From: Botryllus schlosseri
Taxonomy: Eukaryota
Length of the DNA stretch: 64,000 nucleotides
Assembly (NCBI GenBank): GCA_051294905.1
Contig: CM119372.1
Location: 124,001-188,000, forward strand
Direction: 5' to 3'
Of the stretch, positions 13,554 through 26,916 are shown piece by piece (positions within the stretch are counted from its first letter, which is position 1; every line of letters begins with the position of its first letter). The notes beneath the pieces were generated by a model, which was not told where the DNA came from, made no database searches, and was given only the letters and a program-made list of their open reading frames with translations. A program made the translations under genes and the position numbers.

Positions 13554-14502
13554 GGCTGCCATGGCTGCACTCCGGTCGGATCTTGAACGCATTGAGAAAC
13601 CAGGAATTTAAATATAATTGCAACGGAAGTTAGTAGTACCGGTACTGCTACGAATTACCCGTAGGCTACCGAAATCTTCTTCGCGATCTGCTCACATACA
13701 CTGCTGCCACAATTTGAGGGTTTGTGTTCTGCTGGTGCATGAATACAATACAAACTACCGTTTGACCACAAACTAGGTGAACTTATTCACATTCCCCTGG
13801 TAACCAAATCATAAACAGGACATTCGAATTTCATGTCTGAATCACGACGACGAAACAGTAGTACCGGTAGACTAATGGACAAGTAATTACTATTCTCCGC
13901 TCCACAAAATTTCGTAACATATACCTTGATGAGGGGATCTAACACTGTACCAAGTTTGAAGGCTGTAACTCGATAATTACAGTAGTAAGTACGTTATCAA
14001 AGTCGAGCATCCAGGGTCTGCGTGCGCTGATTTGGCATTGAGCCTACCGCATAAAGGAATTTTCGCAAAATTTGATATTGGTATATGTGAATTTTGAAAG
14101 TGTTCCATGCCGAGATGGATGACAAAATTCGGCTTGGTATATCTTGGTTGTGTTATCTAACTTCACAGTAAGTTTTAGGATTGTCACTCAATGATTAACA
14201 TGGTAAATCCGTTATCAAAGTCTGCAATATATCGGTGCTCGCTCATCTACCGAATACTCGACTTTGACAGCGAAATTACTACGCTAATCATTGAGTCACA
14301 GCCTTGAAACTTGGTACAGTGCTAGATGACAGCATCAAAATATACAATATTAAATCCTGTCACCCAGCTCGATATGGAACACAGTCAAAATCAATAAAGA
14401 CCAATAGCGACTCTGCCTTTAATTAGTGCTGCAGACGGATCGACAATAACAAAGTCAAAAACGGTATTGGGGCGTGACGGTCACGTGAATTTTCGAGTGT
14501 CC

Positions 14503-14764
14503 AGAGAGAGAGAGAGATATGATATTGTTTCTCGCCTGCACCATCGAGATGCTTTGGCGACGGAGTTGCGATACGGCCCCATGAGGTCATCTAGTCTGCG
14601 CCCCGTTTTTTTTTCTCCTCTATGCTATCCGTGATTGCTGAGCGCCTAGCAGGATAGCTGCGGATACCATTTTTCGAGTCTTTGGTATGACCCGGCCGGG
14701 GATCGAACCCACGACCTACCGCTCGAGAAGCCGGACGCATAACCATTACACTATCTCGCTCGGT
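14503..14764 (-). mobile_element. tRNA-derived SINE (best-preserved copy)
   Basis: Minus strand: GAGATAGTGTAATGG (A box), GGTTCGATCCC (B box), shared body, (TC)n tail. Confidence 0.85.
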
Positions 14765-16794
14765 CTCCACACCACCTTTGAGTACACGCTGGTGTCATCG
14801 TAACATTTATGGCGCCCAAATGAAGAAACATATATTTTATGAACATATCACGTCCAGCATCTAGCGAAGCGACGGCCTACATACGGACCGCAGGCCGGAT
14901 TGGGCCCGCAACAGCATTTTGATCGGTCCGCAGAGAGTTTCTATCGTCAAAGTGAAATCCTAATCTAAAGTATAGGCAAATTTTATGCGCCAAATAATGG
15001 ATCCAAGTTTTCCAACCTGAGAAAGACTGTCAGGAAACGACTTTTGTTCTGGTCGAGTTACGAGCAAACATTTTCGACCATGAACAATTGAACATTAACA
15101 AGGCAAGGCTGCATACCAATATAACTGGCGATATGAATTTCAGGGTTGGAGCGTAATGATTTGATAGTAACGAAAAACTCCTTTTTCAATAAAATACCAG
15201 CCTTGTCGATATAGCGCATCCGCAATAAGAATGCGCCAAATCTGATAGCCGAGCTCATCATTGTCCGACTTATGACGAGTGTCAGCCAAAAATATTCGGG
15301 CTCATTTCAATATGAATATACTATTCAATTGTATATTGAAGTTCTGTAGCTGTTCAAATAGTGGTAATGTATATCACAGGATGAAATGGATTTCGGGGCG
15401 AGGTTTCAATCCCTGCATTGGGACCATTTGAATAAAATAGTATTTACGGGGGGCACCACTATAATAAATAATCAAAGAATTGGTCTCCGTAAATACTATT
15501 TTATTCATAATCCAAATTTTCCGACAGCAATTACCCCGCTTCCACTGGTTGGAATTGAACCAAGTTTGGTGAGCATCGTTTCTATAGACAACCTAACACT
15601 TTCATGGGGTGAACAGAAAATTTTCAAATTTTTTGTTATTTATTTTTTATATAATCAATAGAAACTTTTTTCTCCTGTAGCAATGCGGCTACCGGTTGGA
15701 ATTGAACCAAATTTGGTGTGTAGGATTAAATTAGGTAACCTAACAATTTTATCAAGTAGCCAGTGCGATTTGAGAAAAAATGTCATTTTTGAAGAGCCCT
15801 AATGTACAACGCATGCGACTATAGATAAGAACACTATGGCGACATGGCCTTTCGGCTGTCCGTCGGCCGTGCATGGAAACGAAACGAAGTAAGTGGTCCG
15901 ATGCTCATCACTGATTTATATGGATGTAGTCACTAGTCAGCCATGCGTTACAACAAATCAGCCCACCGATCTGACGATCGTCAGTCGTCAGATAGGCTAC
16001 TTTTCGCAGACGGTAGGCTCATTTTTCAACCCACGTTGGATGTAGCGGTAGCGTGTGGTTTGGAGACAGAGACAGGTTTGGTGACTCTTGTTTTGATTTT
16101 TGACGATCAAATATCAGATTGATGACTGCGAGAAGCCGGATTCGAGCGTAACAATGTCATTCGATGGGCTAAGGCAAATGAGAAGACCTAAGCAGGTATA
16201 GGCCTATGGCATCGGGATTTCCTTCGAGCCACTTAGTCGACCAGATGGTACTGAGCGGCTATTGCAAATCGTATGAAATCGTGATTGGACAGAAAGCATT
16301 TCAAAGAATGAAAATCAACTCATTCAGTGCGACAATCAGGCTATCAAAACCAAAAAACTGGAAAATGCAGAGGGAGAACTTTTCCTGAAAATTTCAGTCT
16401 GAAAAAACGGCGAGAAATTGAATGTTTCCAATTCATACTGTGTCTTTTACATGTTGCGAAATAAGTGGCAACTTTCTCAAGGTTGCCAGTAAATTCGACC
16501 ACCGGTAAATTCGGCCGTAGATCACTTCAGCCCTCGGTAAATTCGGCCCTCCGAGGAGAATATTGTATTAAAATGTATTATCAACCGTTAACATGAATTA
16601 ATTACATAATTATACTATTATCGAGGGATTTGGAGGTCAGGGTATGCGTAGATCGCGTATATTCACGGGGCCGAATTGACCGATGGTCGAATTTACCTGG
16701 TAAATTCGGCCCTCGGAGAATTTTGGGGTCAAGTGTAGAATACGACCAGTGATCCCGATGACCATCACCGATCATTGTTTCACATTACACCAAC

Positions 16795-17525
16795 AAATGC
16801 TTCCTATGAACACGTCAAAATAAATTGTTTTTTTTTGCCTGTGGCGTGACGGATATTAGGGTTGTCGGAGAAGGTATTAGGGTTGGGGGAGCAGGGATGC
16901 TGGGAATATTAGGGTTGCCGGAGGTGGGATATTAGGGTTACCGGAGGTGGGATATTAGGGTTGCCGGAGGTGGGATATTAGAGTTGCCGGAGGTGGCATA
17001 TTACGGTTGCCAGAGGTGAGATATTAGGGTTGCCGGAGGTGAGATATTAGGGTTGCCGGAGGAGGGATATTAGGGTTGCCGAAGGTGGTATATTAGGGTT
17101 GCCGGAGGTGGCATATTAGGGTTGCCGGAGGTGAGATATTTGGGTTGCCTGCCGGAGGTGGGATATTAGGGTTGCTGGCGGTGGGATATTAGGTTAGGGG
17201 GAGGTGGGATGTTAGGGTTGCCGTAGGTGGGATATTAGGGTTGGTGGAGGTGGGATATCAGGGTTGCCGGAGGTGGGATGTTGGGGGAGGGGACATTAGG
17301 GTTGGGAGATATATATCCATCACCCCAACCTTAATCTTGGGATGGCCTAACCCCAACTCTAATATCCCGCCTCCCCCAACCCTAATATCCGCCAACCCTG
17401 ATATCCCTCCCTCCACTAACCCTAATATACCCCTAACCCTAATGTCCCCCATCCACCAACCCTAATAACCGTCCCTCCACAGGCAAAATAAAAAACAATT
17501 TATTTTGACGTGTTCATGTGAAGCA
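16795..17525. repeat. Fold-back structure built from a 23-bp G-rich minisatellite (GGAGGTGGGATATTAGGGTTGCC)n
   Basis: Tandem units 16850-17305 switch to the reverse complement at about 17320-17470, inside inverted flanks (GAACACGTCAAAATAAATTG / CAATTTATTTTGACGTGTTC). Confidence 0.9.
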
Positions 17526-18130
17526 CTATGAGTTTTGACATGTTCATGTGGAACATTGGCAGGGCAGGGGCGTAGCCAGCCGAAAAAAAACGGGGGATAT
17601 TTATTAAAACGGGTGATATTTCTCTAAAAGATGATGTTCTTTATACTAACCGCTACATTGCGTTAAAAATACACACAAATGCCGATAAAAAAAGGGTAAG
17701 ATAATCTCGTTTGTGTTATTTTCTTTATACAGATGAACATTTGCCACTTATCCTAAAATGAAGCACTATTATGCGCAGTCGCATGCTACAGTAACAAACG
17801 GAAAGCGCTTTTGCCTTGCGCGCCACTATTTGCCGACAGCGAGTTTCATGCGCGGATCTTGATACAAAGCGCGCTCGAATCATGACTCAACGCAGCAGGA
17901 GATCGACGACCACCTCGCAAATCACAATGTATCAGATCAGATGGAAGTAGCAAACAAATTTCGATGACAGCGAGCTATCTTGACCCTAATTACCAAAGCG
18001 AGGATGTAATGACGAAAGTGCGCGCAGATCATATTACAGCACAGCGGAAGATCTCTCCATTTTGCGCTCAAACACGAACACTCGAACAGTGAAGACACGC
18101 AGATGAATTATAGTCTGTTGCTGTTTGATA

Positions 18131-19660
18131 CACCACAAAAAATAATAAGACAAATTTGGTCTTATGGTCTTAAAGTGACTTTTTAGAAAAAAAAATGCCT
18201 TAAAGACCAATCGGTCTTAAAGACTGATCGGTCTTAACAACGATTTTTCGCCTCAAAAGTAAGACTGAAATTGCTCGAAAATAGGACCATTGTCGCCCAC
18301 GCGACCTGTGTGGGTATCCATGTTAGTGTTAGGTTCTGCATGAAGGGAAGCATAATATACCTGGATTTGCAGTTCATTATATAGCCTACCCATTACATAA
18401 CATCATCATTCTATATATCATTTACCAATTTGTATACAATCCTCCAAACAATATATAGTGTAGTTTGAGTATATAATAGTATTTGTGGTGGGTGCGACGT
18501 GCCAACACCATTGTGTCAGTGAAAAGTGACAAGGTACGGTACTTTGAATTTTTGTTCTGGCGCAAATGCATCCTGTATTGACTTATTTGAAGTGTGACAT
18601 GTGACCAAAGAGAAATGGACAAACATGGCACCACCAAATACGTTTTGGCTCTCAGCTCTCAAGTCTCCGCTAGATTGTATTTGCAATGACCTTTGATGGA
18701 TCAAAATTTGTCAAAGAAAGCTAATTACGTCTTGTGCTCCGGGCTCATGACAATTTACCATTCTGATTTATAAGACTATGGACCATGATGTTTCTTGATT
18801 AGCAAAATTTGTCTTAAAAACAAGACCAAAAAAACTGAGGCATCATAAACCGTCTCAATAAGTTAGTTATGTCTTAGAGATCCTGGCCCATGTCAACTTT
18901 CCGGTCTCATTATTAAGACCACAAATCATGTCGTCTCTTGATTAGCGAAATTTGTTTTAAAAAACAAGACCAAAAATACAGGTACACATTAAAAACTGTC
19001 TCAACAAGCTAGTTATATCTTAGAGCTCCTGGCCCATGTCAACTTTCCGGTCTCATTTTTAAGACCACAAATCATGTCGTTTCTTGATTAGCGAAATTTG
19101 TCTTAAAAACAAGACAAAAAATACTGACATCAAAAACTGTCTTAATAAGTTAGTTATGTCTTGAAGCTCCTGGCCCATGTCAACTTTTCGGTCTCATTTT
19201 TAAGACCACAAATCATGTCGTTTCTTGATTAGCGAAATTTGTCTTAAAAACAAGACCAAAAATACTGACACGGCAAAAACTGTCGTAACAAGCACAATAT
19301 GTCTTATAAGATGCGTTTTATTGGTCTTATTTTTATGACCAAAATAGTTGTGACAATTATAGATGGTCTTAAATAGCTGAATCGGTCTCAATTTTAAGAC
19401 CAAAAATACTGACACAGCAAAAACTGTCGTAATAAGCACAATGTGTCTTATAAGATGCGTTTTATTGGTCTTGATGCGTTTTATTGGTCTTATTTTCAAG
19501 ACCAAATAATTGTGACAATTATATATGGTCTTAAAAAGCTGAATCGGTCTCAATTTTAAGACCTCAATTCATCAGTGAGACCAAAATTGCTGAAAATGAG
19601 ACCAAATCATCCTCATTTCTTAAATTTGAGACCAAATTTGTCTAATTTTTTTTTGTAGCG
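18131..19660. mobile_element. CACTA/EnSpm-like non-autonomous element with internal tandem repeats of about 145 bp
   Basis: Ends CACCACAAAAAA...AGACAAATTTGGTC / GACCAAATTTGTCT...TTTGTAGCG, TA-flanked; CTGGCCCATGTCAACTTT recurs near 18884, 19029 and 19170; many AAGAC/GTCTT motifs. Confidence 0.7.
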
Positions 19661-22044
19661 TACAAACAATCTGGATTAATTTTGTTTTAAATCAATATGA
19701 TTTTTACTGTCTGCCAAGATGGTGTAGTATTTTTGGTGTGTGGAGATGGTAAAGACTAATTACCGCTCGAGCTTGTGCGATTGCATCACGTGAATAACAG
19801 TGGCCCGGCGCAGGCTTAGGCTCGCGATCAAAATGCATTCCCAAAGGCGTTTGCGGTGCAGAAGTGACAATTGCGAATTGTCGAGGCCATGACTATGACT
19901 TCTGGTCATTACAATAGTACATCGAACATTGATGTAGCACTATCACGCGCCGCGAGTCACGGAGCGGCCTAATTTTCCTAGCCTCCAATGTTTTTACTAC
20001 TGGCCAAGCGCGTTATAACAGGACAATTCGATGCGTCAGAGGCCTGAGACACAAAACGACTGGAGATCTGGAAACCCACACACAACAACCGAACTAAATG
20101 ATCGCAAATTGGATCAATACATGATAGATTCCATACAGAACATTTGACTAGTACAATCTGTTTTGGTACTGTAGGGATCTGCTATCTCTAATGATACAAG
20201 CCTAGCGCGCATGTTCTAAATGTTAGTTGACAATAGACTGTCTGTCAAACACGAAAACCAACTTGCGCGGTATCGAAATTTCAATGCGAGTGTTTTTTTT
20301 TCTGACTTCTGGTTCTGTCACTGGATAATATCGTTCAGATGAGACGGTAGAGCCATGTGAGATGCGTTTTTCGGGCTTCCGTAGACGAGAGAACAATATG
20401 AGAAAACGGCATCACCGCACTCCATTGTTCGATCGATCGATGGCGCGATGATGCCGCACGGCAATTAGGGGATTATCGAATTAGAACAAGAAATATTAGA
20501 TCAATGGGAATATATTTAAAAGGGGGGATATTTTGAGCTTGGAAACGGGGGGGGGTATCGGACACCGATTACCCCCCCCTGTCTACGCCACTGGTCATAG
20601 GGATAACTTTCTCGAAATGGCCGTATTCTACACTTGACCCGAATTTTGTATAAAAACGACCCGAATTTTGTCTAAAAACGTATTACCAACTATTAATGTG
20701 AATTAATTGCATAATAATATCATTATCAAGTCATTTGGAGGACAGGGTGTGCCGGTGTGCGTATATCACGCAGTCACCGCAGATAACGCGGATATTTACG
20801 GGGCCGAATTTACAGAGGGCCGAATTCAATCGGTAAATTCGGCTCTCGAAGAATTTTGTGTAAAAATTTATTACCAACTATTAATGTGAATTAATTACAT
20901 AATTATATTATTATCAAGGGATTTGGAGGTTAGGGGTTAGGATTAGGATTGGGATTGGGGTTAGGGTTAAGGTTAGGTAATGTTGGGTTAGGGTTAGGAT
21001 TAGTGTTAAGGTTAGGTAATGTTATTGTGACTGTTATTATTACCCCGGCCCTGGCCGAACCGAATTTACTGAGGGCCGAAGTGACCGATGGCCGAATTTA
21101 CTGGAAATCCTTTCTTAAAATTTCGGTTTTCAATATCTTAATCATTTTTGAGGCAGAAACAGTCATTGTATGGAATCGGTGTCCTGTGCTCACACTATGT
21201 TTCTTTTTTTTTCTTTTTTATTAAATTACTTTAACTTGGAGAATCATCGCTGCTCACCTGATATATCAGGCAAAACGTACCGAGATTCCAGTAGGGAGAT
21301 CTGATCAACTTGAAAATTTGAAGGTTGACATACCTCGGGATTATGAACAAGATGAAATTTTTTCCTGTGCATAAGTTAGGGTTCAAAGCCTCACCATGAA
21401 GTCAAAAACAAACTATTTTTCCAATTTCATGAAAAAATTGAATATATTTCACATAATACCTATGCTGTTGGGACGTGGGATAAAAAAAATTCATCTCATT
21501 CTCAAGGATGAGCTGAATCCATGAAGAACATTAATGAAAGGCTTCACAGAAACATTTCGCTGTAAGATTCTAGATTTAAAAAAGATCACATTATTAGAAA
21601 AGACCTAAAGATTGGTTTCAAAAAGGGTCAATGAACGTAGACGATTTCCCACCAAATTTTCACCGCTGTTAGGATGCCGACCAAAGCAACCTCATTCCAG
21701 ATTTCAAAAAGATTGCTTCATTAGTTTTCAAGTTCTGGGTTGCCACTGATTTTCCAATTGGGTGGGTTGTCTACCCCCTTGAGTAAGTAGCCTAGTGCGA
21801 GTAGCAGACTTGTACAAACTACTGGATTTTCAAAATACGAAAATAGAATTGGAACTACTCACTTTACAAAATATGCAACTACAACTGAAACCAGAACTAT
21901 CAAATTTTAAAAATGCGCAATTAGAACTCGAACGAGAATAACTCGCGTAACTAGAACTACGGTACTCTAAACATTCCAGCAGTTAGTTGACCCTGAACTA
22001 AATAGAATGGTAGTTTGTACAATTCAGTTCATGCCATATTTCAG

Positions 22045-22236
22045 ATCTTGTGCATCGCCTACCTGGCCGTTCGAGCCAAAGAGTTCCAGATCCGGACCGT
22101 GTCCGGAGTATGGAATGGAGATCATCGTCTGTCCGACATTTGGAGAGTTCTTCTCATATTTGGATTCATCACTGCCTCGTTATGCCTGGCCGCCTCTCTC
22201 CTTTTAGTCGTAGCCTCATGTTTGTGCGGAAGCAAG
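22045..22236 (+). CDS. Exon A of four-pass membrane adaptor-like gene (end of TM1 and TM2)
   Basis: tttcag|ATC...AAG|gtcagt, phase 0-0; ILCIAYLAVRAKEF...VLLIFGFITASLCLAASLLLVVASCLCGSK. Confidence 0.85.
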
Positions 22237-22815
22237 GTCAGTGAGTCATTCGCATCGCTATATGTGAAAATTTGTGAAATGTTTCTTCATTCTCATTCTA
22301 ATTCTAATCCAATTTCCCGAAAATGCTACAGGAGAACTGTATTGTGTGAAACGAGCCAAGTTTGCTGTACAGTACATTTGCGATTCCCGTGCTTCTGAGA
22401 AGAACTCTGATTTGATGTGAACTTGATTCAATGTCCAAGTTTTTGTGAATTCAGTGATTCTTACTAAAATCGAATTCGGAAAGACTTGTGTAGCAATCAT
22501 TCTAATTCTAATCAAATTTGGAAATAACTTTGTAGCTGTAATTCTAATCTAATTTGCACAAGCTGAAAATTTTCTAGCTTTCCAAGTCTGATTTTGCCTA
22601 CTTGGCACGACTTCCTCAAGTGGCGGTAGTTTTACACTACTTCTACTTGACAGTTTGCGGTTACTTAGGCGAAACTAGGCCTTACTTTTTACTTGCTTGT
22701 AAATCACAACTTGTTCTTGTACTTGAGTAGAAATTTATGATGCTACTTGAGTAGCAAGTACTTTGACTAGCTCTGGTCTTTCGTTGCTGACCACGACCGT
22801 TGATACCGTTCTCAG

Positions 22816-23022
22816 GAGAAGTACTCCAAGATTCGCCTGGTCATCTCGTTTTGGTTTGTGGTATCCGTGACATCACTGATCAATAACGTGGGTGAAGCCA
22901 TCTTCATTGAAGCCATGCCAGAACTCAACTTTAAAAAGCATTCTCCCAGCGACAGCTTCAAGGACATCAAGTCAAACAACTTGCAGCTTTGGGTGCTCAC
23001 AGGACTTTTCGCTGTGTTTTTT
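22816..23022 (+). CDS. Exon B (TM3, loop, start of TM4)
   Basis: tctcag|GAG...TTT|gtaaga, phase 0-0; EKYSKIRLVISFWFVVSVTSLINNVG...LWVLTGLFAVFF. Confidence 0.87.
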
Positions 23023-23860
23023 GTAAGATCACTTCTTTTTTTGGACTTGTGCAAACTACTGGATTTTCAAAACTCGTAACTACAACTAGAACAACTTGCT
23101 TTTCAAAACATGCAACTACAACTGGAACTAGGCCTACTCATTTTTTAAAATAGGCTACAACATTTAGAACCGCTCAGTTTTCAAAACTCGCAACTAAACT
23201 AAAACTACTCACTTTTTACCACTCGCAACTACAACTACTCACTTTATAAATGCGCGACTACATCTAGAACTACTCAGTTTTCAAAACTCGCAACTAAACT
23301 AAAACTACACACTTTTTAACACTCGCAACTACAACTACTCAATTTTTAAATGCGCGGCTACATTTAGAACTACTGTTTTCAAAACTCTCTACTAAACTAA
23401 AACTATTCACTCTTTAACACAAGAACGACCAAGTGGCTTTTTTGACGCATTTTCATTTTTGAAGAGCTGGCATTCGGTCAAATCTTGCGCTGTTCGGCTG
23501 AAACTTCTTGACAATTTTTTATTTTATGTCTGCCACCTTACCACCATGATTTTCATCGCTCGTCTAGTACAACTAAAAAAGTTATACACAGAACTACCTA
23601 GAACTACCAAGTGACTTTTTTGACGCATTACAGTTTTTCTACCGCACGGCATCGTAGTTTCATATTCTTGTCACTGGTCATGTATCTGCCAAATGCAGAA
23701 AAGTTGTTAATATCGGCTCGGTCTAACTGTGTTACAACAACAACAACCCGTGTAATAGAAGGCAGTGCTTTTTCCTCTTTTTGAGTCATCAAGTCTCTCT
23801 AATATTATTTCTGAAGCTCACCGTGTTACAGGACATGACAACTGGAACGTGACACTAGAC

Positions 23861-26800
23861 CAGGGGTGGGCAAACTTTTTAGCTCGCGGGCCGCATTCAA
23901 CATTTGAATCCATTCCGGGCCGCACTACATAAAATTGGGCTACTAAGCCAAAATTAAATGTTATTTGATCATATAGTGACTGATAACATGGAAATAATAT
24001 ATATGTATTTGTATATTTTAAACAAACATTCATTTGATGAACACGTACAGTGTACACGCTTCTAAAACATTGGCGAGACTTTATATGTTGGTCGTCCTCA
24101 TTGTCAAAGTTAGAGATGAAAGTCTGTTGTACCGATTCAGGGATATTTAGATCTCTAGATATTCTTGTTCCAATTCTTAGAACTGGTTGTAAATTTGAGT
24201 ATTTAAGCAGCGATCTGTTCATATATTTCCTGCTTATACTTTTGGTTTGGCTTCAGGCAGGACCGAAACAGCATTTCGTGAGCCCCCCTCGCCCATAGGG
24301 TGATAAATGAAACTTCTGGGGGGCTCACGAAATGCTGTTTCGGTCGTGCCGAATTTTTATAATTCATGATTGAATCGGTCAATAATATCGGGAAGTGCAT
24401 ATATATTGCTATCAACTTTTTTATCCTCTCTGCCCTCGTAATCAGATTTACCGTTAGAGCTGAGTGAGGTGTTGTCTTTGAAAACGTAGGGCCCGTAAAT
24501 AATAATTAAACATATTCTGGTGGGCCCGTTGGTATAATGACTCTGTTACATCATGTTATTTTGTGACCTCCTGTCTGCTATGTCAAACAATATTGAAATC
24601 GCCCAAACGTAGCCTACTAAACTATAAAAGTCGCACACGATTTCATATTGGTCTTTCTTCACTGGAGAATAGTTTTCTCTGTGGGATAACATTTGTCTTG
24701 TAGGGTTCCAATTGCCATGACACGAACATTCGGTGCCAACCATTTAGGCGCCTATGGTCAATTATACATATGGCAGTCCTCTTCAGCCTAGGTTTTCATG
24801 CTGCCGATCGTTCTAGCACAATCCTCAGAGTCGCATGTTACAGGGCCTAAAACTTCATATCTTTGTGCGTTACCGCCAAGTAGTGGCCCATGACCAGGCC
24901 TGTTTATTTTTGGATTTCTCCAAAAATAACAAAAATAGCTTATTTTTGGATGTTTTCAAATTTTATTTTTGGAGGATCTCCAAAAATAAGAATAGAATGT
25001 GTTTTAAGCCCTATTACTACTGAAAAAAATCCACCAAAAGTATGTTATTATCATGTATTCAAGTCCTCCAACACATAGATATCATCAGTGATCTTGATCT
25101 AACTTTCCAATACATTCTTCACAAATTTAGTCTTTGGCCTGGAGGATGCCTTCTAGAGAATATTAATCACTGCGAGACGCCCCCCCCCCTTGATTTTCGA
25201 GATATCGGCCTCGAACGTCGCAATTGTGGGAAACATCGAGGTTAGGGGTCCAAAAATCGAGGAATGTCTAACTCTTCAAACTTCCCAATCTTCCAAGCCT
25301 TTGCTCCTGAAAAGCGCTCGTCAGTAATGCGCTTGAAACCTCTGATCCTCCCCGAAGTTGCGTGCCTCATTGAACTTGACATCCCAACACCCTCTGACCA
25401 GAAAACCTTCCTTGTGGCGGTCCTCGTCCCAGTCCTCACCCGGACACAGGCGTTCGACCAGGCGCATGAGCTCCTGCTGCTCCATGATCAGAACATCAAG
25501 ACCATGAAGCTTCGTGACGGTGGTGCTCGGCTATGTGCGAGCGTGACCATGCGATCGAGAACGATTAGATGGATCCACCACAGCAGCGAAGTTGCACACG
25601 TCGGACTGTTTTCGTCCATAACATCAAGGAGTTTGGTACGGTTTCCAGTCAACCAAGAGGCCACCCTCTTCATTGACAATAAACGAGCGTCAACAAACTT
25701 GGGGCGGACGCTTTCCATCTACTCTGGATCAAGTTGTGTTGCCGTCTGAAGCATCAGCAGATGAGTCCCGTCATCGTGTGGACGAAGTGATTGTGACAGA
25801 GGTGGCTGTATATGATTTCGCCGTTCCCTTTGCCTCACTCAAGCTGCCTTCCCGTCTTCTCTACATGTCGCACTGTGAAACTTATAGGAGTACAAAGGCG
25901 GAGGGGCGGACAGGCAGGCAAGGTCAGCAGAAACGTGAAGTGGATTGAGTGGAAGTAGTTTTAGCGTTTCGGTGACCCCTTCCCTCACATAGATGCTATT
26001 TTGTGTGTTTTTATGAGTTTTCTGGTCGTTTACATTGCTCTGACTTGTTTATTTCACTGAAAAACATCATCCAAAAAAATCTTATTTTTGGATGTTTTCA
26101 AATCTTATTTTTGGAGAATCTCCAAAAATAAAATCCAATATCCAAAAATAAACAGGCCTGCCCATGACAAAAGGCCCATTTCTATAAATCATGCGTATTT
26201 TTTCTTACGGAAAAGGTACCCAATAATCAATTCTATTTGGCAACAATAAATCGTGCGCAGCGCGAAAAAAAATTGAATAAAGTTTGATAAATTTTCAAAA
26301 AAATACTCAAACATTAATGTTCATTCACGAAATAAATTTGGGCCCGCTTCGATCTACCCCCCAGCTAGGGAGTTTGGGGTGCACCAGTTACAGTCCTGAC
26401 TCCAAGACACAAAATGCTGACAGCATCATAACCATGTTACCTTTAAATACGCTTCTACAATATATAAATATTATATATAGGCCTATAAATACTTCCACAC
26501 ATGAAAAGAACGAATCTATCTAACACACTCGTGAATCGGTTTATCCAAGTACAGCACAAAATGTATTAAACTTGCTCGTGTTTCCAATCTTAAATCACAC
26601 TTGTGGTCCGTTTTAAGTCATTTACAATTCACGTTCTGTGATGTTTAGCAGTGGAAAGCTTTCAAAATATATGGGCCGTGAAGTCGGGCCATCGCGCAAT
26701 CGATAAAATTTAAAAAATACTGTGGTAAGAATATAACTCATCATTATCATGTTGAAATATATTAAGAAAAAGTTTAATCAAGTACCCACAGTAAATTGAT

Positions 26801-26916
26801 TTGTTACTCATTTTTTACTCACTATTTCTACAACATTTATTGACGCTTTCGCGGGCCGCACGAAACGGGAGTTGCTGGCCGCATGAGGCCCGCGGGCCGT
26901 AGTTTGCCCACCCCTG
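23861..26916. mobile_element. Buster/SPIN-like hAT derivative with nested elements
   Basis: TIR CAGGGGTGGGCAAACT; TSD CACTAGAC / CACTTTAC (6/8). Confidence 0.75.
24895..26160 (-). mobile_element. hAT-like element with a GC-richer transposase fragment
   Basis: TIR CAGGCCTGTTTATTTTTGGA; perfect TSD CCCATGAC; minus-strand frameshifted peptide MTGLIC..RRQHNLI..MESVRPKFVDARLLSMKRVASWL. Confidence 0.8.

Larger units (their letters stand above)
16726..20640. mobile_element. TIR element nested in 16481-21110
   Basis: 23-bp TIR GGGTCAAGTGTAGAATACG(A/G)CCA; perfect 8-bp TSD GAATTTTG. Confidence 0.88.
16481..21110. mobile_element. TIR element with GGTAAATTCGGCC subrepeats and telomere-like GGGTTA tracts; outer shell of a nested stack
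   Basis: Ends GGTTGCCAGTAAATTCG / CGAATTTACTGGAAATCC; probable TSD TTTCTCAA / TTTCTTAA. Confidence 0.7.

Noticed and set aside
14690..14764. Functional tRNA gene
   Set aside because: The tRNA-like head runs into a shared SINE body and microsatellite tail, has no clean acceptor stem, and is present as diverged copies.
16850..19270. CRISPR-like arrays (23-bp and 145-bp repeats)
   Set aside because: Head-to-tail degenerate tandem units without unique spacers, no cas genes, and a eukaryotic context.
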